Of a DNA stretch of 51,049 nt, positions 45,762-51,049 are shown in pieces. The notes beneath the pieces are model-generated. The model was not told where the DNA came from, searched no databases, and saw nothing but the letters and a program-made list of their open reading frames with translations. Origin of the DNA: a virus (Duplodnaviria > Caudoviricetes); the IMG/VR virus record IMGVR_UViG_3300017766_001762, positions 1 through 51,049 of that record. The stretch is one strand, 5' to 3'. Numbering within the stretch: position 1 is the stretch's first letter; each line of letters opens with the position of its first letter. The position numbers were made by a program, and so were the translations under genes.

Positions 45762-46252
45762 TAAAGCCCCCGTTTCGCGAGGGTGCGGTCCAAGATCCAG
45801 TAGTTCACAACGCCCGAAAGCAGCGCCATGTCGTCGACACCCCACAGGCTCGGCATAATCTGCACGAAGGGCGTCCCGGCATTGAGTTCCGCCATAATAA
45901 GGCAGGTTTTCACCACGCCGTAGATGCCGAGCAGATAATACGTCATCAGGGGGCGGACGCTGGCCGAAAGCGCCGCCGCCCAGCCGCCGGCAGCCTTTAC
46001 CATATCCGTCTGCTGCTGGATCGCCAGCTTGAAGGCGTCCATCGCCCCCACATCTACAGCGGCCTGATGCTGCGCTCCGATCTCGGCGAGCTTCTGATCT
46101 GCTCTCGCCGCTTCCAGCTTGCACTGCTGTTCAAACATGGAGAGTTCGTGGGACCGCTCATTTTTCTTATCGAGGAATTTCAGAGCCTCTGGAACGAGAC
46201 GAAACACCCCGCCGAGGAGGCTACCGATAATGCCGCCGCCTAAAAGTTCCAT
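45761..46252 (-). CDS. Putative holin (3TM-holin-like)
   Basis: N-terminal Gly-rich amphipathic helix, W...LSASVRP..TY, hydrophobic C-terminal helices. Directly precedes the endolysin. Confidence 0.55.
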   Translation of the reverse strand: MELLGGGIIGSLLGGVFRLVPEALKFLDKKNERSHELSMFEQQCKLEAARADQKLAEIGAQHQAAVDVGAMDAFKLAIQQQTDMVKAAGGWAAALSASVRPLMTYYLLGIYGVVKTCLIMAELNAGTPFVQIMPSLWGVDDMALLSGVVNYWILDRTLAKRGL

Positions 46253-46253
46253 G

Positions 46254-46475
46254 TCAGCCTCCGAAGAAAACCATTTGCGCTAGGATGCCTGCCATCCCGC
46301 AAAGTAGAAGAAAACCTATGGACAGTATCTGCGCGTTAACCGCTTTAAGCCCGTGCTTGAGTTCAGAAGACGTAGCCAAAATGTTTTGATAGCGTTCAGC
46401 GCAAACCGCCTCGTGTGTTGAGATTTGAGCTTCCACTCGATGGATACGATCAACGATGTACGCATCTTCTGACAC
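46254..46475 (-). CDS. Small membrane protein (XhlA-like/holin-associated)
   Basis: HEAVCAERY followed by one C-terminal TM helix. Confidence 0.6.
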   Translation of the reverse strand: MSEDAYIVDRIHRVEAQISTHEAVCAERYQNILATSSELKHGLKAVNAQILSIGFLLLCGMAGILAQMVFFGG

Positions 46476-46486
46476 GGCTATCTCCT

Positions 46487-48706
46487 TTATGCAGCTTCTT
46501 GATTTTTAAGGCCGAGGTAATAATCCAAATTGCCTTTCAGGCGCGCGTTGGTGGGCTCCATATCCAAAGCAATGCGCCCCTGCTCGACAGCCATATCTTT
46601 ATAGCCAAGATGCCATGCCGCAAGCGCCGCAAGATCGTGGGGCATAGGCCCCCAGACTTCCGGGTCGCAGGTGTAAACCAATTGTTTGTCTTTAATAGAA
46701 AGCGCCCGCATGGCCGCCGTATAGCACTCAAGCCAGCGGCTCTGCCTGTAGAACAGCATCGCCATGTTGCACCAAGGTTCGCGCGTATTAGGCGCCTCGG
46801 CGCATGCACGGTGGTAGTTAGCTTCGGCTTCCCAAGTATTGCCAAGCTCTTCGTAACATTTCCCTAGAAGCCTGTAGGCGTAGCACCTCTCGTTGTGCCA
46901 AGTCGCACCGGGGAGCTTGAGATAGTTATTCAACGCCGCAATGGCGTCAGCCCAGCGGCTGTGGAAAGTAAGCTCTCGCGCGTAGTAGAAGGCGTTGCGC
47001 GGGCACGCGGGATCTTCTTTTACGCTTAGGGTAAGAAGATCGAGATACTGCCCACGGCTTTTCGTCGGGTCCGGGTGGTGGCTGACGAGCAGCACATCGG
47101 TGTCCGCCCACACTTCCGTGATCCTACCATCAGGCACTGGATACTCGTGGCATGGGTGGTGCCAGTAATACCCGTGGCGGGCGTGGATCTTCTCGTACTT
47201 AAATTTAATTCCGGCGCCCCAGTCGAAATAGTACCGAAGCCGCGTAGTGTTTTCATTCCAGACGCGCTCAATTTCCTCGCGCCACCCCGGCTCCATAACC
47301 TCGTCTACATCGAGACTAATACAAACATCAATGTCGCGAGGAACAAGAGCCAGAGCCGCATTACGCGCGTGATCAAAGCGCCAAGGCGTGATGCAGATAG
47401 AGTGGACTTGCGCGCCGTTTTCTTTCGCGATCTCCGCCGTTCTATCTGTGCTACCCGTGTCGGCAAGGACGATAACGTCTGCGTCTTTCGCCGATTGGCA
47501 GAACCGCTCGATGAACTTTTCTTCGTTCTTACTGATGGCATAGACGGCTATCCGCAGCCTGCGGTCCTTCCTGTACAGAGTGTCGTACAGGCTCTTAGTC
47601 GTTCCCCACTCCTGCGTGGCAAAGACCGGCCCGTCGCCCTCGTAAGTAAATCCGTCAAAGTGATCAGGGATGAAGTAATGCGACGGCCAGATGGCGCCGT
47701 CTTCCGGGTTCATTTCATTCCAAACATTCGTCAGCCTGCGCGGCCCCGTACCGTACCATGCGGGCTTATCTTCTACGTCGTCGTCCTCTCGGATTTGCTT
47801 AATGACTTCGCCGATCACAGGATGACCCGGAGCCGACGCGATATAGCCGCAAGCGATGACGCCGGGGCGCACCGTTTCGTTTTCCCATGAGGCGTAAAGA
47901 TTTTTCCAGAAGAGCCAAGCCTCCAGAGGACGCTTGCAAAAACTGTCGGCGTCAACGCAGAACCCGCCTTCGTCGAACAAAATTTCATAGCGCATCATGT
48001 CTGCGACGCCGCACCATTGCCGCTGCGCCATCGTCTGCATCCGTGCCTTATTGCGCCACGGATGCTCTTCGAGTTCCTTGTTGCCCCAGACTTTGACCGT
48101 CCAAGCCGGGTTCATCTCGCGCCATGTGTTGATGCAATTGTCGGGGCGCTTTTTCTCATCGCCGACCCAGACAATGTGGATCGTGCGCGGTATTACTGGC
48201 AACGAGAGATCGTAAATATAGACGCCGATCTCGCCCTCGATCTTCGAGTATGTCGGCTCTCCGAAGGCTTCTCTAACCGCCTCGTCTGTCCAATTGTCGG
48301 TGACATGCCGCTCAAACGGATTGCCGCCGACATCGTCCTGCGGGTGGTACCCGATAGGAATGCTGATCACGAGTAGGTCGGTGACGCGCTTCAGACGAGA
48401 GACGAGTTCTTCAGCATCGTTTCGCGGCATGTGTTCTAGAACATCGCCCGCGAAAACCACATCGTAGTAATCGGTGGGCCATGTATGAATAGTCCGCGCG
48501 TCGGCCACGATCAGGTTCTTGTACATGTCGCGGAGCTTGTATTCCCCGACATAAGGCTCCCACGCCTCGACGCCGGTCCATTCGGCGTCTGGGAACATCT
48601 TGGCGTAAGTCCCACAACCCACGCCGATGTCGAGCATCTCATCGTTTCGAAACTGCGACACGATACTTTTTATAAATTGCTTACCCGAGTTTGAGCTTAC
48701 AGGCAT
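46487..48706 (-). CDS. Fusion: SAM methyltransferase + GT32-like (DXD) glycosyltransferase + GT2 + TPR
   Basis: LDIGVGCG, GDVLEH (MTase). IPRTIHIVWVG, ADMMRYEIL..EGG..VDAD (GT32). AISKNE, DTGSTD, RN.AL, LDVDE (GT2). C-terminal TPR-like helices. Confidence 0.85.
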   Translation of the reverse strand: MPVSSNSGKQFIKSIVSQFRNDEMLDIGVGCGTYAKMFPDAEWTGVEAWEPYVGEYKLRDMYKNLIVADARTIHTWPTDYYDVVFAGDVLEHMPRNDAEELVSRLKRVTDLLVISIPIGYHPQDDVGGNPFERHVTDNWTDEAVREAFGEPTYSKIEGEIGVYIYDLSLPVIPRTIHIVWVGDEKKRPDNCINTWREMNPAWTVKVWGNKELEEHPWRNKARMQTMAQRQWCGVADMMRYEILFDEGGFCVDADSFCKRPLEAWLFWKNLYASWENETVRPGVIACGYIASAPGHPVIGEVIKQIREDDDVEDKPAWYGTGPRRLTNVWNEMNPEDGAIWPSHYFIPDHFDGFTYEGDGPVFATQEWGTTKSLYDTLYRKDRRLRIAVYAISKNEEKFIERFCQSAKDADVIVLADTGSTDRTAEIAKENGAQVHSICITPWRFDHARNAALALVPRDIDVCISLDVDEVMEPGWREEIERVWNENTTRLRYYFDWGAGIKFKYEKIHARHGYYWHHPCHEYPVPDGRITEVWADTDVLLVSHHPDPTKSRGQYLDLLTLSVKEDPACPRNAFYYARELTFHSRWADAIAALNNYLKLPGATWHNERCYAYRLLGKCYEELGNTWEAEANYHRACAEAPNTREPWCNMAMLFYRQSRWLECYTAAMRALSIKDKQLVYTCDPEVWGPMPHDLAALAAWHLGYKDMAVEQGRIALDMEPTNARLKGNLDYYLGLKNQEAA

Positions 48707-48718
48707 GTTTTCCCCTCA

Positions 48719-49309
48719 TCATGTCCACGCAAAAACTATAGACCCACCGCCGCCAGAGGTACCAGCCCCCGGATAGCCACCGTTGCCGCCATTGCCCGCA
48801 GGGCTCGCGCCAGATCCACCAGCACCACCGGCTCCAGTCGAGCCACCATTCGCGCCAGAAGTCCCAGTTGTGTTGCTTACGTTACCGCCCGTGCCCGCGC
48901 CACCTCCGCCGCCAAGCCCGCCCGCTGTGTCATCTGCATCGCCGCCATCCCCACCGGTGGCGCCTGTCATAGACACAGAGCCCGCAGTTAGCGTGCCTGT
49001 TACAGTGCTATCGTTTCCGGTGGTGGTGCCGACCGCGTAACTAAGCGTGCTGCCCCAATCGCTTGGCGATATGGCGTAAGTAGAAACCGCCGCACCGCCC
49101 TCACCACCGCCACCGCCCGTCCACCGCTCGCCGGGGATGCCGCCATCAAAACCTGTTCCGCCGGTTCCTCCGGGGCCGTAGACGCTGATCGTGACCGACG
49201 ACGCATTTGCCGGGACCGTCTGATTAGCAGCTCCAGACGTGTAAGTGTTTGTGACGGGCGTAAAAGCGCCAGCCAGAACTGCATAATATGCGTCAAGGCC
49301 GCCGGCCAT
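48719..49309 (-). CDS. Glycine-rich tail-fibre tip/adhesin-like protein
   Basis: TVP....V.I...G.GG.GG, polyglycine tracts, GSIVFAW end. Follows the fibre gene. Confidence 0.65.
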   Translation of the reverse strand: MAGGLDAYYAVLAGAFTPVTNTYTSGAANQTVPANASSVTISVYGPGGTGGTGFDGGIPGERWTGGGGGEGGAAVSTYAISPSDWGSTLSYAVGTTTGNDSTVTGTLTAGSVSMTGATGGDGGDADDTAGGLGGGGGAGTGGNVSNTTGTSGANGGSTGAGGAGGSGASPAGNGGNGGYPGAGTSGGGGSIVFAWT

Positions 49310-50436
49310 TAGCTAATACCCGAACCTACAAGGCGCCATACGGTAGCAGCTACCTTTTTGGCCGCCGCAGACCCATTAGCCGCGATGGTCCGCGACCCGG
49401 TAGAGGCCCCCCAGCGGAGCGTATCTGTCGTAATCGCGAGAGTTACGTTGCCGCCGCTGTTTTCGTTTTCGATAGCGATAATTGTACCAATCGGGAAGGC
49501 CACCGTACCGTTCGCCGGAATGGTGTAGGTGTGGGCGGTGACGCTGGTGTGATAAACAGTCTTGCCCGCGTCCGCCATGACAAACTGATAAGTGCCATTC
49601 TGCGTGTTCAGCGGCGTTCCTAGATAACCGAGAGACGTCGTTGCGGGCGTTGCGGCTGGAGTAAGATCGCCGCCCGCCGAAACGGTAACGAGGCCGGAGA
49701 ACCGCGCCGTGCCGTTTACGTCTAGCTTAAATGTCGGGCTTGACGTGTTAACCCCGACGTTTCCCGTGCTGTAGTAAATATCTGAACCCGTCAACGTCCA
49801 GTAGCCTGTGCCGGTTGGGCCGGTAGAGCCAGTAGAGCCGGTTGGGCCGGTTGGACCCGCTGCGCCGGTAGAGCCGGTGGGGCCGGTAGAGCCAGTAGAG
49901 CCGGTTGGGCCGGTTGGCCCCGCTGCGCCGGTAGATCCGGTTGGGCCGGTAGAGCCAGTAGAGCCGGTGGGGCCGGTTGGACCCGCTGCGCCGGTAGATC
50001 CGGTTGGGCCGGTTGGACCGTTCGCACCAGTAGAGCCGGTTGGGCCGGTTGGACCGTTCGCACCAGTAGAGCCGGTAGGGCCGGTTGGGCCGCCCGAGGC
50101 GCTGACCCAGCTCAGGACGCCGGATCCGTTGGTCGAGAGGACGTTGCTGGAGGAGCCATCCGCCGACGGCAGCGTGTAGGTCGTGCTGCCCGCAGCGGCG
50201 GCGCCCTGAAGCCCCACATACCCGCTGACAGAGCCGGAAAGCCGGAGATAGCCCGCGAGCGCAGCGCCAGCGGTGCCGACGTCTATAACCTTGGCCCCGT
50301 TTGCGGCTACGCCGATATTGTTCGCGCCGATGCGGTAGATGCCCGTGTCGGTGTCGCCAGCGAAGCTAAACGCAGGCGCACTGACAGTGCCAGAAACCTG
50401 CAGAAACTGGTTACTGTTGCCAATACGCCCGGTCAT
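49309..50436 (-). CDS. Collagen-like tail fibre
   Basis: APAFSF.GDTDTG, TLPSADG, 31 Gly-X-Y triplets, [15 protein letters not shown]-terminal TIP...AFPIGT domain. Confidence 0.8.
   Translation of the reverse strand: MTGRIGNSNQFLQVSGTVSAPAFSFAGDTDTGIYRIGANNIGVAANGAKVIDVGTAGAALAGYLRLSGSVSGYVGLQGAAAAGSTTYTLPSADGSSSNVLSTNGSGVLSWVSASGGPTGPTGSTGANGPTGPTGSTGANGPTGPTGSTGAAGPTGPTGSTGSTGPTGSTGAAGPTGPTGSTGSTGPTGSTGAAGPTGPTGSTGSTGPTGTGYWTLTGSDIYYSTGNVGVNTSSPTFKLDVNGTARFSGLVTVSAGGDLTPAATPATTSLGYLGTPLNTQNGTYQFVMADAGKTVYHTSVTAHTYTIPANGTVAFPIGTIIAIENENSGGNVTLAITTDTLRWGASTGSRTIAANGSAAAKKVAATVWRLVGSGIS
49813..50091 (-). repeat. Collagen-type repeat ([12 protein letters not shown])x31
   Basis: 26 of 31 triplets have Thr in the Y position. 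Near-identical DNA blocks. Confidence 0.9.
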
Positions 50437-50437
50437 C

Positions 50438-50761
50438 TTAGGTCATCTCCATAACAGACACGATCACGTCGCAGGCAGCCACAGCCGTAACCTTAATCAA
50501 GTCTTCGGCCTCAAGAACCAAGCGGTTGTTCGTATTTAGGACGTTAAGGTTTGACGCCGCCGGAATAGGCGTCGAGGCGCAGAGCTTCACCGTGATGCCC
50601 GACGAATCGTCCGTAACCTCAACCGTGGCCGTGGTATCAGCGCCGGAGTCGTTTGCGATCACCAGCCCGATGACCGTGGCCGTAGTGGCTACGGGAACGG
50701 TATACACGGTCGTCACGGTAGTGACGTTGTTCGCGACTGCGTTCTTAAAAACATTTGCCAT
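50438..50761 (-). CDS. Small beta-sandwich virion protein
   Basis: MAN.FKN, VYTVP..T.A.VIG..IAN, LVLE..D.IKV, D...S.ME.T pattern common in podoviral tail regions. Confidence 0.7.
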   Translation of the reverse strand: MANVFKNAVANNVTTVTTVYTVPVATTATVIGLVIANDSGADTTATVEVTDDSSGITVKLCASTPIPAASNLNVLNTNNRLVLEAEDLIKVTAVAACDVIVSVMEMT

Positions 50762-50780
50762 AAGTTATTCCCTTCATGGT

Positions 50781-50811
50781 TTGCGGCGAATATAGCCTAT
50801 TTTCGCCGCAA
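50781..50811. promoter_or_regulatory. Intergenic inverted repeat
   Basis: TTGCGGCGAA-N11-TTCGCCGCAA. Confidence 0.45.
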
Positions 50812-50827
50812 GGTCTTTAGGCGGCGC

Positions 50828-51049
50828 CTAGCTGACTATGCAAGCGGTCGAACGCGGTGGAATTATTTCTGTCAAAGTAACTGCGGCAGCGGTAGAAGTC
50901 GCACTACCGCTGGTCCCACCAACGATGCCGTAATATAAAGTATCGCTGACAGCGTAATCTATGGTGTTTGTGGTGTCTTCAAACCAACCCGTGGTGGCCG
51001 CAGTAAGCGTTACGGTTATACTTGCGGTAGCGTTTTTATATATCTTATA
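50828..51049 (-). CDS. 3' end of a T-rich structural gene, truncated by the window edge
   Basis: Open frame YKIYKNATASITVTLTAATTGWFEDTTNT...STACIVS*. Confidence 0.65.
   Translation of the reverse strand, partial: YKIYKNATASITVTLTAATTGWFEDTTNTIDYAVSDTLYYGIVGGTSGSATSTAAAVTLTEIIPPRSTACIVS

Noticed and set aside
45762-46124. N-terminal extension of track ORF 45513..46124
   Set aside because: Overlaps the holin-like gene out of frame. The lysozyme begins at GTG 45761.
1-51049. Genome-wide TAG reassignment
   Set aside because: Portal, polA, the Cro-like gene and the holin end in TAG with the next gene starting out of frame. Long genes contain no internal TAG except the endolysin.
1-51049. Exact circular join of the two window ends
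   Set aside because: Joining puts the edge ORFs out of frame and leaves the right-hand ORF without a start. No terminal overlap was seen.

Overview
The window is most of a tailed dsDNA phage genome with podovirus-type organisation. The host is probably an alphaproteobacterium, inferred from the GcrA and GapR homologues. Two arms diverge at a repeat-rich non-coding region (~15.2-16.2 kb) and converge at 31518/31521. The minus-strand late arm runs terS-terL-portal-GroES-like-scaffold-capsid-adaptor-collagen fibre off the left edge. It resumes at the right edge with more fibres, a methyltransferase/glycosyltransferase fusion, a lysis cassette, adaptor/nozzle and a run of putative ejection proteins ending in ADP-ribosyltransferase-like and glycosylase-like proteins. 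The plus-strand arm carries small early genes, a metallophosphoesterase, a SprT-like protease, GcrA, a Cro-like regulator, a primase-helicase and an APSE/SPO2-type DUF2800-DUF2815-(GapR)-PolA-VRR-NUC-SNF2 module. No integrase, tRNA, rRNA or CRISPR array was seen. Most notable: (1) basic late proteins built from small modules separated by a recurring x-A-x-G-G motif, plus a second FAVR motif in the ejection proteins; (2) an in-frame amber codon in an otherwise intact endolysin; (3) a candidate virion-fibre glycosylation system; (4) phage copies of Caulobacter-type regulators; (5) a TSCPD-like frame lacking a start codon behind another TAG. All family calls come from motif recognition by eye and need HMM or structure confirmation.
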